DNA from: Basidiobolus meristosporus CBS 931.73
Taxonomy: Eukaryota > Fungi > Basidiobolomycota
NCBI GenBank assembly: GCA_002104905.1
Contig: MCFE01000023.1
Coordinates: 1-64,000, forward strand
Direction of reading: 5' to 3'
Length of the DNA: 64,000 nucleotides
The notes under the pieces are model-generated. The model was not told the DNA's origin. It ran no database searches and saw only the letters and a list, made by a program, of their open reading frames with translations. Made by a program: the position numbers and the translations under genes. Positions 24,156-38,131 of the stretch are shown here, piece after piece; within the stretch, counting starts at the first letter, position 1; each line of letters opens with the position of its first letter.

Positions 24156-24558
24156 CGAAGAAAAGCACAAGTAGCGGCCGGGCCTTCTCTGTTACTTCAG
24201 CGCTACCGCATGTGTGGATTTTACTAGCACTTTTTTTTCTTTTTAAATCCACCAACAAACATAATCAACCTGAATTAAACCAACAAGCACCCAAGGCTGA
24301 CTAAATCAATGAACGTTAGCTAAGTTGGTGCAAGCTCTGGATATTGGGCTTTATTTATATTGGCCGTAGGTTCTAGATATTGAGTGAAGTGTGCTCGAGT
24401 TGTACATTAAGCTAGGTGTAAAAAGGCAAATGATTACATCAAGTCAAGAAAAGTAGTTAGACTCCATCCAAAAAAATGTCAACTTTTCGCGTGGTGAGAA
24501 TATAATACAGTCTTATTCTCAAGATACAAGAGAACGATGGAAATAAAAAACCGATTAA

Positions 24559-24961
24559 TTATTTTCTATGGAACTGGAAAGGCTTCTTCTTCTTTTGCAA
24601 CTGGACACGCTTGATTTGACGAGGTTGCTTATCGTTGGTCTTCTTCTTTTTCTTCTCCTCCTTCTTCTTGAGGCTGATTTTGTTTCCGGTGGTGGCATCA
24701 TCCATTACCATGTCTACAATAACGCATAAGTAAATGCCGAATGCATATTAAGCGTTTGACAACCATACCTTCAGTGGAAGCCTCGACGGCCGAATTTTCA
24801 TTGTCAGCTACAGGCTCTTCGGATTCAGCTTGCATATCAGAGCCGGCTTTTTGTGCTGCAGACAAGCGGTTGACACGGGCAGTTTCCACAGGAGCGAAAA
24901 CCTGCTCACGCTTGATGGCACGGAACTTTCTCTTGGATTTGGAACGAATAGATTTAGCCAT
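24559..24961 (-). CDS. LLP homolog / DUF2423-like small basic protein, one intron
   Basis: MAKSIRSKSKRKFRAIKR N-terminus and a Lys-rich C-terminal exon ending KKPFQFHRK*. Confidence 0.75.
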
Positions 24962-25335
24962 GATAAAGAACGCTCGGGTACTTGGGAGAAGTGTCAAGAC
25001 ACGGCACAAGGTCACAATATATCTTCTTCCTATTACTACAAACTTCAAATTCCCTTTTTTTTTCTCATTTTTTTTTTTGACTAGCCATCACTGCAATAGC
25101 ACTGGGATCAGTGGAGGATTCAGGACAATATATTCGTTCGGCAACTTTTAAGTAATCTATTCTTAGATGAGAATAGTCCAATTATTGATGGGAACCATGT
25201 GATCTGTCAGATTTGGTTCGATTCACTATTATATTGTCAGTATACCGCTTGTCGATTTTTACCTGAACAACACTCGTACACTTCATCGTTGTCAACGTAA
25301 TTACCTACAAACACCAAGTATATACACCAGTAGAA

Positions 25336-27489
25336 ATGGCAGATGATCTAGACGTTGAGGCCTTGTTGGAAGCCCCCTTTATGGACAAGGTATGTTACGT
25401 GCTAATGTATACGAATCCCAACCGAAGCTTACAATACCATCTGACTTGGATTCCACACGAAAAGAGTCAATCTGTATCAAACGGAAAAGAAGAAAGTCGT
25501 AAAGAGGAAAGGTACGTTGGAAAGAGTAAATTCTCCTCCCTCCCTGCACAGTCTCGCTAATACATCTTTGTTCCGACTCTAGAGAGGACAAAAAACGTAG
25601 AGATCGGTCACGATCTGGTGAAAGAAGACGGCGCCATAGAAGTTCCTCTCGTGAACGTCATAGCAGCAGAAGGCACAGCAGACGTGAGCATCGGTCCAGG
25701 TCACGCGATTCGGACCGCGACAGAGAGAGGGAGAGAAGACGGCGCTCCCGTTCTCGGGATAGAGAGAGAAGAAAGTCTCCATCGAGATCTAGAAGAGATA
25801 GAGATAGAGCTCGGTCGGGTGACCGTAGACATCGCAGTAGGAGTCCGGGTAAAAGTCGAAGCTCCAGCAGACGTGTGAGGTAATGCAGCGATCGGTCGAT
25901 GTTCATGAAGGAGTTTTACTCACGCCATCTATTTCGCCTCGCTAGATCTCCTTCCCCACCCGTAAGTGAAGCGGACCGAGACCGCCGCACCGTATTTGTT
26001 ATGCAGCTCGCAGCTCGGCTGAGACACCGCGAATTCCTAGATTTCTTCTCTACTGCTGGCCGAGTTCGCGAGGCAAAAATCGTTGCTGACCGCAATTCCA
26101 GAAGATCAAAGGGGTAATAGTCTTAACAATCCATCAATACTATGTGTAGTTTACTTATGATACATGGATGGATCCAGTGTTGGGTATGTCGAGTATTATC
26201 ACGAAGATTCTGTGCCCCAAGCTCTGGCTTTGACAGGTCAAAAGCTTCTAGGTATTCCAGTTATTGTACAACCGAGTGAAGCTGAGAAGAATCGACTCGC
26301 TGCTCAGCAGGAGGCAGCTGCGTAAGGATAGATATTAGGGCAACCAATTGCGCATTCTTTCTAACCCGCTTGCTGTTTAGATCGGCCGATGTTGTTTACC
26401 ATAGACTCTACATTGGGTCAGTTCACTTCAACTTGACCGAGGATGACTTAAGACAAGTCTTTGAGCCATTTGGGCCACTCGACTTCGTCAACCTGCATAG
26501 AGACCCAGAGACTGGACGCTCTAAAGGCTTTGCTTTTATTCAGTAAGAGCGTTTGGTAATAAGTTGGCTCACCCAAGTGTGGTAGCTGATAGTTATGATA
26601 TATAGATACAAGAATACCGAGGACGCAAAGCACGCCTTAGAAAAGATGAACGGTTTCGAGTTGGCCGGACGCACCGTAAGAGAAGCCCGATCATCACACG
26701 ATGTGTATCATCTGCTAACCGTATTCTACCGATTTCTTGTACTAGATCAAAGTAGGATTGGTCACCGACAAAGGCAGCAATATTAATTACAATTTAGACG
26801 ATGGAGGTTAGAGTTATTGTTTTGGCATGTTTGCAATCCGCTGTCGCTAACTACTTCTACTTAGATGTTGCTGGCTTGACCTTGACCTCCCAATCACGCG
26901 TAGAGTTGATGCAAAAGCTCGCTCGTGATTCTGGGTTGCCTACTATGCGCTCCCAACACAACTCTCCTTCCTCCTCCAGTACCTCATCGTGAGTTATGCC
27001 CAGCCTTTTATTCGTGTGCCACACCTGACTGACATTCCATACAGCGCACAACCTATTGCCCCAGTTGTTATGCCGTCCCGCACCATTCTACTGAAGAATA
27101 TGTTCAACCCCGACGAGTACGTTCTTGATTGCTCGTAATCTTTTCTACTTGGTCTAAGCCATGTTTGTTTACAGGGAGACCGAGCCCAATTGGCAAGACG
27201 AGTTGAAGGAGGATATTTCCGAGGAATGCTCGAAGTACGGCAAAATCGTTCATATCGAACTTGAACCTGATTCCCTGGTTAGTCTGCTTGTAATGAAAGA
27301 TTTTGCTTCTTGCGAACTCACTCTGAAGTCATACAGGGAGAGGTGTACATGAAATTCGACTCTATAGACTCTGCTCAAAATGCCATTTCATCTTTGAACG
27401 GAAGATGGTTTGCCGCTAGACAAATTTCTGCAGTATTTGTTCCTGAAATGCTTTACAATGTTAGGTTCCCTCGCGCCGCTAACCTATAA
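25336..27489 (+). CDS. RBM39: Splicing factor RBM39/CAPER (Rsd1)-like: RS domain, two RRMs and a UHM, multi-exon
   Basis: [19 protein letters not shown]-rich exon, RRM1 ([18 protein letters not shown]), RRM2 ([19 protein letters not shown]) and C-terminal [11 protein letters not shown]. Confidence 0.9.
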
Positions 27490-28565
27490 ATTTCCGCTGA
27501 ACTCCGTACACAGTAAATTCTGAGCATCCCCCCATTTTTTCTCGCCAGAGAATCGAGAGCACACAAAACAATAAGAAAATTCAGAAAAATAACACTACAT
27601 TTTGCTTTGTGATGCACGCTGATTAGAGCCTTATTTTGTCTGCATGGATAACTAGTGCTTGCCGAGACGCAAACAAGGTCTTAATCAGTAATCCATCGAA
27701 GTAACCTTACCACTGTCTATATTTCGGGTACTACGCCTTTCAGCCCATTATTCGTTTCAAGTTTAATATTCTGACATTCTCATGGCTGTGCCCAGCAACT
27801 CAATTTCTATGGTTTTTCTGGTGATCTATATAGTGAGCCATATCAAAGTGGATGACCGAACGTCGCTTCACTTTCTGATTGTTCTTGATGGAGGTTCTTA
27901 CTTGTTTGGGTTTATTGTGTACGGCTTCTGTTCTCTTGGTCGCCAATGATGCTCAGACCTCACTCAACCTTATCCTTTTATTTCGTTTTCAGATGTTTCT
28001 TTTCTAAATAAAGCACACACTAGACCTTATTACTCGCCCTATCGATGCTTCCTCAATGCACGCGTTGCTAACACATGAAGGGTCCAGTGTCACATGATAG
28101 CGTTTCATAGATTAATCATCCATGATTGATCCAGAGCCATATTGAATTAATGTGGACTGCCATGTTCCTAGCATACAGCCACAACATATATATACATATG
28201 GCCCAGGCTAACTATTAATGAAGGGTGAGTTGGCCAATCGGTCAACGATACTAGTTGGCTAAGTATTGGATGGAGTGATGGCTCAGCAAATAGCGATGAC
28301 CGTATATCGCTGAACGCGAATAGTAGGAGCTGAGGGCATGATTCATTTACGAATTTAAATGGGAATAGCTGGGACTCCACCAACGTCAGCACATATAGTT
28401 GGCGGAGTAAATCAATCTTAATGTTCCGATTCCTCGTTATGCACATTTTCTTACAAACTCAAATAGTCGCCCGACAAACAGGCAGGCCGGGCGGATTCTT
28501 ATTTAAATCGGCTGCTTTTTCTGATGGACTGCATTTGGCAAACCACGAGATCCTTCGCGTTAGAC

Positions 28566-30330
28566 ATGGAGGAGAGTCGATATATCTCGCTCGCCGCGTT
28601 TCCTCCTGAGGTGATGAGTTGCGTTCTGTCCCATTTGAGCGCGGACCTGGTCGACCTGTGGTCTTGCTGCTTAGTCAACAAGACCTGGTCCAGCCTGACC
28701 ACCCCTTTACTATGGCAAAAGCCGTGCTTCAACAGCCAAGAGTCCTATCTAGCATTCAAACAAACCGTCCTTGAGAACCTGAGAGGTATAAAAGATATAC
28801 AGCGAGCTAGGGCTTATCTAACATTTTCAATCCAAATCATTAGTACGGAGCCTAGTGAATGATTTCTCGTTCGATATGTACATGTATCAAATCCGTTCCA
28901 TTGAAGAGATTTCGAGCCTAGTAAGTTTACTGCCGAATCTGAAGTCCATTTCCTTGCCGTTTGTGAATCTGCTTCCCGTACCTACCACATTCCTGAGATA
29001 CATCGCGTACGAGGCTCTCCCGGCCCTAAGAAGACTCCATTATAGAGACACACGAATATCCTTTCGTAGGGTCCTCCAAGATCTATGTAGCGTTTTGACA
29101 GGTTGCACAAATCTCCAAGAGCTGATGGTCGATCTGGACACAGACTACCCCCTGCTCCAAAACCTGGACATGAACGAGATTGATATGGTGCCAATCGTTG
29201 GTCTCAAGTCGCTCTCGCTGAGATGCGCACATTCTTCAAGCGAGCTGGTTGAACGGGTACTGACTCATACTCCCGAGCTTGAGCGCTTGAGCTTTACTGT
29301 GGTGAAGATTTCCGAGAGATTTACCGATTGTCTCTCAAGCCATTGCCCTAGACTAGAGAGGCTGGAGATTGAACTCACATACTCAGACAGCAATCGATTC
29401 AACTCAATCGAGATATTATGCCGTAGCTTAGCGAAGGTTTACCAAGGACAACTAAAGCATCTCAAATTATGCTTTCACAGAGAGCCGTTCGTGCCTCAAG
29501 ATGTATTAAACGAGCTCTGGAAAAATCATGGGCCGCATTTGGAGTCGTTGGAGCTGGCCCGGTTTACTATCTCGCATGGATCGCTAGCATATCTTGCTCA
29601 ACACATCTCCCCCACTTTGAAGCGGCTGTGCTTATCAAATGTCATGGAAATCCGTAAGCCTCCGCTTGAGGTTTGGGACTGTCTACTAGCCAGGTGCGGA
29701 GATAGTCTTCAGGCTCTTCATCTGGACAGCAACGCCTCTTTCAATGACCAAATTGCTCTGATTGTCGCAAAAAACTGTCGTAACCTACGGGAGCTGTCGT
29801 TGAAGAGGACGTGGACAGGTGATTTAGCAGTCAAGAGGATACTCGAAACAAATGGGAAAACTCTGCGAGACCTGAACCTATCAAAAACGTCAATCTCGGG
29901 GGATACAATCCGAGAGATCTCCAGAACATGCCATCGGGTAGTCAACCTGGACGTAGAGTGGCCACGGTGGACAGAGGCGAGCGAGGAGACTCCGCTATCA
30001 GCCGCGGAATTCGCGGAACTTCTACGAGTACATGGGAGCCACCTTGAGTCTTTAAACATCGATAGGTGGCCCATCAACAATATGACACTAGAGGCCATTG
30101 CCAAATACTGTCGCTCTCTCAAAGTTCTAACGTTCAGAGATAACAAAACGCTGTCCGACGAGTACCTGAAGAAGATAATGAAGTCTTGCAAAAAGTTACA
30201 GCGCCTATACATTCTTTTGTCATATCCATACACCGTCGAGGGGCTCACTTATGATGTGCTCACCGAAGTCCAGAATAGATATATTGATTATTACGCTGAG
30301 GTAGATAGCGTTTCGACCATTTATCGCTAA
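28566..30330 (+). CDS. F-box / RNI-like LRR protein, one intron
   Basis: F-box segment FPPEVMSCVLSHL..LWSCCLVNKTW...LWQKP. A phase-1 intron joins it to a 491-aa LRR exon. Confidence 0.8.
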
Positions 30331-30818
30331 GCCGACCGAGATAAATAATTTTGTATAATAGCAGCTGGGGAAATATAAGAATGCTTCCCGGCATTCAATA
30401 AAATATACATATAAACAGTTAGCCCATCCCCAATGTCATGATGAGCAGCATCCATTACTCGAGATAAATCATCCAATGTGTTGAGAACCTTCTTTTCTCG
30501 TCCAAAACCTGTTGGTGACACTTCTTTTAGGGTTCGTCACAGCTAATCATTTATCAGATTTTCCTCATCAATCAGATAGCAGCTTGCTCACAACCAACAG
30601 GATTTTATCAGATGGGTTTATTTGGGGGAGGGGCATATTTCAGAGAATCTTGGTTTTTCTCTCCCCATATTCCCCTATCTTTCTATCCATCAACATATTC
30701 TCCACCTTGGCAAGTTTACCAAGCAATCCTATTGTGCTTTGTTCAAGTGAAGTCACCAGCCATAAGCAGCTCCGACAGTGCGGTTTACGTAATACGGTGA
30801 AGATATCTTGAAGCGGAA

Positions 30819-33278
30819 ATGATCGAGTCGACTCCAACCGATGCGGACAAAAAAAAGCGCCTGACCCAGGCCTGTGATCGATGTAGAAAAATGAAGGTGA
30901 AATGCGACGCGGCCAAGCCTGCGTGCTCCACTTGTCATCGACTGAAGGTGGCTTGCACCTTTCTCACCGGGAACAAACGGCGCGGGCCTAGACAGAACAT
31001 CATGGAATCGTTGAGCTTTTTATCCGGCTCGGCCGGAAACTTTCGCCACGCGGTCTTGAAAATGGACGGTGGGAAGATCGTGGAGTTGGCCTCCTCCAAC
31101 AACGCACAGAAGAACCAGGCAAAGCGCAAGAAGGAAAAGTTGAAGAACGGGAAAGCTGGCCTCTCCGAACAGTCGAAGTATCGGTTTTGTCTGCAATCGG
31201 TTCAGCCAGGTGAGAGCTCCAGTAAGAGAATGAGAGTGACTTCGCTGGACACTCTATCGGACGATTCCTCCACAAGGGACTCGCCTTTGGGGAGTGAAGA
31301 GAACTCTAGTGGCGTTGGTGACGACGTCCAGCAACTGATAGCCCTGTATTTTGAGCGTATTCACCAGCACATCCCGATAGTTCACCCATCTTTCCTTGAG
31401 GATAAGATAGAGGAGAATTCTCCAGGAAAAATCCTTCTTCAGAGCATGTGCGCTATTTCCTGTCGGTACATGTCCAACGATTCATCAGATAAAAGTGGGG
31501 AAAGCTTTCGAGACGAAGTGCAGTCGAAGCTTCTGGAGTATTGTGACGAGCCGTCCATCGAGCTTATTCAAGCCTTGTTGATCATGTGCTTCTACGAAAT
31601 CTCGCGAGCGAACTTCAACAAAAGCTCACTTTACATCGGTTCGTAATCCAAGCAACCTTCTGTCCAAAGAAAAATGTGTCCTGAACCTTTTAATCGATAT
31701 TTCTAGGGATGGCCACGAGGTTGTTGACGAATTTGCATTCTATGTAACAGGGCGGCTAACTAACGTACTCTTTGCCTGCGCGCACCATTTTCACTCAGGA
31801 TCGCACAGGGAATGGGGATTCACAAAATCGACGAGCAGCAGCGAGATATCTCGCAATTGAGAGTGGAGAAATGGATCCAGTTGGAAACCAAGCGACGCGT
31901 GTGGTGGTCCTGCTTCCTTTTCGATCGAGTGGTCAGTTTGGAGTCCGGACGCCCATGGGGAATCAACGAGGACGAGTTCTGTGTGATGCTTCCATGCGAC
32001 GATTATTCGTGGGAAACCCAGACCCCGGTGGAAGGTCAGGTGCTGCGTTTGCATGACGAGTTTCCGGTGGTGGAGTCGCCCAACACCCGAGCCGCAGTAT
32101 CCCCATTTTCTCACTTTATCGCGCTAATCGTACTCTTAGGGCGGATTTCGAAGTTTAGCAGCGGGTACGAGAAGCGTCCAGACACCGATCGTGAAGAAAC
32201 GTTCGAGCTGTTGAAGACCGCGCTGACATTCTGGGAGAACAACCTCCCACCCGACATGCAATTCTCCAAGGAAACCTCGGTGGCGAACGATCCCAGCTCA
32301 TCGTTGATCACCCTGATGCATGCGTTCAAGCACACCTCCAAAATCCTACTGCATCTGCCCAGACTCAAGAAGTTGAGCGACAGGTCCAGCAAGACGATCA
32401 CCATGAGCTCGGTGGAGTCCGCCAAGTATTGCTTCAACGAGGCCAAGGCAATCATCGGAATCATCCAAGATCTGCCAAGCACCTCCGGAGACCAGATCAA
32501 GCCGTTCTTCGATTTCTGCGTGTTTGTGGCTGCTCGGTTCTTCCTCATCGGCTGCCGGTGCAAGAGCCCGGCCCAGTCTAACAAATCCCTGGTGTGTCTG
32601 AATCTCTTGATAAAAGCGTTGAAAGAAATGAGCACCTTGTGGAGGCTGTCAGATATGTACTCAAGATTCCTGGAGAACCACCTGGCTAGGCTGAACGACA
32701 TCTCAGTTCCAATGACTCAGCCAGTGATCTCTGTGGAGGACTGCAACTCCTTGACCGAAGGTAACATGGCCATCAGCAACGGGCATGGGTCGATGTCTAG
32801 CGCATCCGAGTCTCTCTCGCCCACCTCGTCGCCCATATCCGAAACTCCATCGCTACCCATAGTTCCCGACCTCACCATCTATTCCAATCTTATCAACGCC
32901 ATGGCCGAATCCAATCAATGTCCGGTTTTGCACGCGCAATCCATCCGCAACTTGAACATGCCCGTTGGTCTTGAGACATTGGTGAACTGCATGCCCGAAG
33001 AGACAAGCCAGTCTAACCCCCAAATGATGTTCTTCAACGAGACTAGCTTCGCAGAGCATCCATACGTGGATCCTGGCGCCACCTATTCTAGCGCATCTTC
33101 TATGGAAGATAGTTCCGTGTGCCCTTTCTCCACACAAAACCAGCTAGCAAGCGAAAACATCAGTCCCATCATGACTGCTGCGCCCCACACCCCGAACGTA
33201 GCTGCTTGCCCGTTCTCGCAGTTTCACGGGGCCAATGCGCAGATGCCGACAGGGCATCCCACCATCCCTGAGCACTAG
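30819..33278 (+). CDS. Zn(II)2Cys6 transcription factor with fungal-specific middle homology region
   Basis: ACDRCRKMKVKCDAAKPACSTCHRLKVACTF, LYFERIHQHIPIVH and ETKRRVWWSCFLFDR. Confidence 0.9.
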
Positions 33279-33535
33279 CGTCACCTGCATAGAATATCCA
33301 TAGAGCAATTCATTCATTAGCCTGGCACCAGATCCACACCACGGCCTTAGTACTTGCAGTGTGTGTGGAGATCCCCGTCTTTGTACATACATCATCAATC
33401 CTATTTTCGAGACAATAAACCCTTCTATTTAAGGCCCGAGTCAGTTTATTCGAGTCGGCCGCAAGGGGCATGGAGTATAAGTTATCATGGAACAAGGAGG
33501 AATTTATCTACATTGTGCGGGCGGTTCAAGCGCCC

Positions 33536-34176
33536 TCAGCGCCTGGATTTACTACGTAGACTCAGACGTCCCCAGAACTTTTTCATCCTCAGGGATTTGC
33601 CGGAGATTCGACTGAAGAGACCCGGCTTACGCGAAGAAGTGTATTTCGGCTCGGCTCTAGGCGAGGGGGGCAGGAGTCCGGGTGGCACGAATAGGTCGTT
33701 GAAGGGTTGTGCGTTAGCCCAGGGGTGGGTTCGTCCAGTGGGGCGCTTTTCACCTCGGTGCTTACTTCGAGCGAACGAGAAATCTTCGCTGGTCGGCTGG
33801 CCATCTCTCGGAGAAGTTGGCTTACTTGCAGCAGAAAGCGGCAGGCGCGGAGGAATTCCTGATAGATGAAGTGGAGGGCGAAGAGGCTCGTGAAACATAT
33901 TAGAGCTTGATGGGGTATCCAGACGAGCGTTATCAGGAAATTCACCTCCCTGCCAGTGGGTTCGGCAGGGTTGGTTAAGGAGGTAGTGACCGAGTGGCGA
34001 TGCTGCCTTCGTACTTTATGGGTGTTGTGCTTGCCAAGCAGAAAAAGATAATCCACACATTTATAAAATCGGCCGGCAGTGGATGATCCAAAGAAGGCAT
34101 GTAGTATGGAGTGGACAAAGAGGATGATGGAAATCCAACACTCGGTTAGTGTGTTAATTAATATAGTTACAGTCAT
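33536..34176 (-). CDS. Hypothetical protein (N-terminal hydrophobic segment, Pro/Ser-rich remainder); exon structure uncertain
   Basis: Overlapping ORFs 33589-34176 and 33536-33898; no recognisable domain. Confidence 0.3.
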
Positions 34177-34952
34177 GCTTACAACAATGGGGAAATGTTA
34201 AGTGGGTGGGGGTAGGGGACTGGGTAAAGGGTACAAAGAGAATAGATACAAGAAGAATTTTCTCAAAGCATGGCCAGTCTTTGAAAGAGGCGCGTACGCT
34301 TCCTATTTATGCAGCATTGGAAATGCTCCCCTTTTTCTGGTGTGGTGAAATCCGGCTCGATAACTTGCAATCTCCCGAAATGATTTGCCCCTTAATTTAG
34401 CAAGGATCTCTTCTGAACTCACTAGTGGATGGAAGGCTATCTGGTGTTTTCGATGGAATTCCTGGCGGCTGGTGTCGTACCACTGGTTGGATTCCTTGTC
34501 CTATCCGATAACGCTGAGGACATGCATAGCCCTCGGAAAAAACGGGCCTTCGTGCACCAGGATTCGCGCAACCAGAAAAGTATGCACTTGTGCTTGTGCG
34601 TACGCTGACAATGGGATGCCAATAATTTCCAGCCTTCCGCTTCCAAATCTTCTCCATGGGGACAAACGCGCGAATTGCGAATGCCGTGATTTCCAATACA
34701 CCGCTGAATCTGTGCCACATGATTACGTGAAAGGCTACCTGTTGATCGTAGGGGAATATTGATTATCAGAGATACGAAGGAGGCCTGAGGCCTGAGGCTC
34801 CTCGGAAACTTTTCCGCAACAATGGTTTCCATCACAATAGGCCCATGGTGCAGCTTCAAATCACAGTGACGACGTCCAAGTGCAAGTATTTAAGGATCGA
34901 TCCACACTCGAGAGTTGACCATCCGCCAAACATCAAGCGAGTGATATCCAAA

Positions 34953-35477
34953 ATGTACTACAACATCGCCTCATTGATTGCCGTCATCTCTTGGTCTGTT
35001 AAGTACGTGAACGCCGATGTTGCCATCACCTCTCCCATGAACAGTGTTTGGCAAGCCGGTTCCAGCCAATTCATCTCCTGGGTCGACAACGGAAATGGTA
35101 AACCCATGGCTGAAAAATTCGATATCACTCTGATGTCTGGGGCGATGACCTCCCTACAACAGGTAAACAGTATCGCTACCGGGGTAAGCTCCTCCTCCTT
35201 GCAGTACAAATGGGAGATTCCAACCAGCCTCACCACTGGCAGTCAATATGCTATTCGAATTGGGGTCGGTTCCTCCGTTTCCTACAGCCCATATTTCACA
35301 ATTCTCGCCAGTGGCCCTGCGCCTGCCAACGGTGGCAATACATCATCCAAACCCACACAATCCGCTGCTTCCAACTCCACTACCGCCACCAACAAACCAA
35401 AGAATGCCGGGGAAATGCTTGCCCCCGCATACATCTTAACCTACGCCTCGCTGTCCTGTTTACTAGCATACATCTAA
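34953..35477 (+). CDS. Secreted Ser/Thr-rich, probably GPI-anchored cell-wall protein (Kre9/Knh1-like N-terminal domain)
   Basis: Signal peptide (MYYNIASLIAVISWSVKYVNA), ITSP..W.AG...ISW, YKWEIP..L..GSQYAIRI and YSPYFTI motifs, S/T-rich linker and hydrophobic C-terminus. Confidence 0.8.
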   Translation: MYYNIASLIAVISWSVKYVNADVAITSPMNSVWQAGSSQFISWVDNGNGKPMAEKFDITLMSGAMTSLQQVNSIATGVSSSSLQYKWEIPTSLTTGSQYAIRIGVGSSVSYSPYFTILASGPAPANGGNTSSKPTQSAASNSTTATNKPKNAGEMLAPAYILTYASLSCLLAYI

Positions 35478-35605
35478 GAAGCCGATACCTAACAACCCCA
35501 TTGATATCAACTCACTGGTAGAACATGAGCACGAGCACGAGCACGAACATAAACACAAATATCAATAAAGTCATGGTTTATTTCGCATGTGTGGGTGGGG
35601 GAAAT

Positions 35606-38131
35606 TTACTCTTGGACTTGATCTCTCTCAGCTTGGATAGCCTTAAGCTCCGCCAATCTAGCCTGCAATTTTGGGATCTCTACGAGTTTTTGTTCGATCA
35701 CTTGCTTCTCCTCCTGGAGTGCCAATCTTTTCTCGGCGTCCAGCTCGGTGAAGACGTAACCACCCTGGCCGTCGTACTGCAGAATATAGTTGTGGTACTT
35801 CCAAAGACTTGGTCGATGTGAAACCGTCAACAGTGAGATGCCTAGCTCGGTGGCGTGTGTGTACATGATCTTCTCGATATCCATGCTGACCGCGCTGGTG
35901 CACTCATCTAGAATGGCGTACCGGGGACTGTGATAGAAGAGTCGGGCCATGGCAATGCGTTGCTTATCACCACCGGAGAGGGCGTCTCTCCATTCCCGCT
36001 CCTTCTCCCAGCCACCTTCCCGCTCGACGATGTTGCCAAGTTGAACCAACTCCAAGATCTTTTGCAAGTCGTTGTCGGTGACATTCTTGAGTTTCATGTC
36101 CTCCGGTGTATGCGGGTAGATGATTTGGTCGCGAAGAGTTCCAAGGGAAAGATAGGGCCTCTGTGGGATGTAGAAGACCTCTTTGGGGCTGGGCTTGTGG
36201 ACAGTGCCTCCGTAGACGGGCCATAGTCCGCCCAGGATGCGGAATAGCGAGCTCTTACCACAGCCGTTGGGTCCTACGATTAACAGGTGCATGCCTGGTT
36301 TGACGTTGAAGCTAAGGTTGCGAACCAGAATATCCCCATTGGGTGATACGATCGGGACGTCCTTGAATTCGATGATGTCGCTCTCGAACACCTCACCACG
36401 ACTCGAGAGCACATTCTCGTTGTCACCTGTGGCAGAGGAAACCAAAGTCTTCTGGAAGCGACCGTTCTTGACATCGTCGAAGACTTCTAGGAGCTCTGTA
36501 ACCTAGAGATCTTGTGGGTCAACTGTCTGCGTAATTGGGAAATAGGGAACGTGATCAAGCTTACTCTAGCGGTGTAGCCAGCAAGCTCCGTGATCTCCTT
36601 GTACGAGTACATCACTCGACCGAAAGCATCGGAGGAACTCAGTAGCAGGCGTCTGTTGGTAATGAAGCCTAATCTCATCAAATGATTAGCAATCGGGACT
36701 ATTCAATTCTCCACCATGGACTACCTTTGGCCCTAGACCCAAAGTCTCCAGTTCCCTTGCTGTCGCCAACATCGAAGAACACTGGGATCCCGCATAGCAT
36801 CAATCCCATGGCTCCCCAGAAGTATTTGATGATGAAGTCCTCCAACATGCCGTGGAAGATCCTCATTCGGAAGATGCGGTTCACATGCTTGATGAGGGAG
36901 AAATAGTTACGGTCGAGAGTGATCTTCTCAACCTCATGGCCGCCGTAGAGGGCGATCTCCTCGGCGTTTTCGATCACTCGGGAGTGGGTGAACCTAAATT
37001 CGCCCTCGAGTTTTTGCTCGTCGGCCACCATTTTGCCGAAGGGTGGGGTGAGAACACGAAGGACCCATGCGGAGAACTGAACGATCAGATTCAACCCGAA
37101 CAGCCCTTCCCCACCAACGTTCCGGGACAGTTGGTAGTTGTAGATGACCGAGTCCAACAATGGCTTCGCCATGTTGGAATAGAGCTCCGACAAAGAGTTG
37201 CAGAATTTCATGACGTCCACCGTGACGCACCTGGGTTTACGGTGGATTAGCGAGGGCCGAGGCGAGGCGAGGCGAAGCAGGGGAAGTACTTACTGATCTG
37301 CATTCTTGATCCGGTCATCGAGATTCCCGATCTTGTAGAACGTCATGTCGGAAAGGTATTTGTCGTGGATGTAGTCGGTCAGCCGTGTGCGGAATTGGAT
37401 GGCGAGTTTTCGTTGCATGTACGACAACTAAATTTGAGGTCAGGTCAGAGGCTTCTGATAAAGTGTCATAGGGGGGGGGGCTTGCCAATGCTGTACTTAC
37501 CATGCTGTTGGTGTAAGTGGCCGGGATGGCAGCAGTCATCCACCATAAAATCCCTTTGACGAACTCCTTAGCCTTGCCACGAACCAATGCGCTAACAATC
37601 TGTCCGTCTAAGGCAGCGATGTAGACTGACAACAAGGTTCTGAACACTGCATCAAAGGGGGGTCAATCGTTAGTCCCACGTACACCTCCGTTTCCGAAAT
37701 TCGCCACGTACCCAAGAAGCCCGAATGGATCAGGATCATCCAGAACTCTTTCGATCTCACGCCGGGGATGATGATCTTGAGGAGGGCATAGAGTCTGTGG
37801 AAGAACACTCTGTCGACCTAGGGGGATATGGAGGGGCAGGAAAGTGAGAGTTAGCTGTCGGTGCCGAGAAAATCCTCTCAGCTCACTCGCTTACCTCGAC
37901 CCGTCCGGCCTTACCAGACTTCTTGTCCGAGGCTTTCTCTTTCGAGGCGGAGAAGGCGCCTTTGATTCGGTAGGCCATGGCAAGCAGCAGCAGCCCCATG
38001 ACGGACCGCTTGATGGTGGTTTTGTTTTGTACATATTGTCGTATGATTAGCTGGACCACGGGACTCATACGGGCCACCGTGAGCTCCGCTCGGTTCGAAA
38101 GTAACCGTAGGGTAGACTGAACGTTCGGCAT
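35606..38131 (-). CDS. PXA2: Peroxisomal ABC half-transporter, subfamily D (PXA2-like), multi-exon
   Basis: ABC_membrane_2 region with EAA motif ([11 protein letters not shown]), Walker [10 protein letters not shown], signature [17 protein letters not shown] and Walker B AILDE. The PXA1/PXA2 assignment is by recalled similarity only. Confidence 0.85.

Noticed and set aside
34397-34859. Small ORFs between the hypothetical gene and the GPI-protein gene
   Set aside because: No motifs, overlapping frames on both strands, and probably promoter or UTR sequence.
30819-38131. Zn2Cys6 factor and ABC transporter as members of an NRPS-like gene cluster
   Set aside because: The transporter is a conserved peroxisomal ABCD fatty-acyl importer, not an efflux pump. 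The TF is about 6 kb away behind unrelated genes, and there is no sequence evidence of co-regulation.
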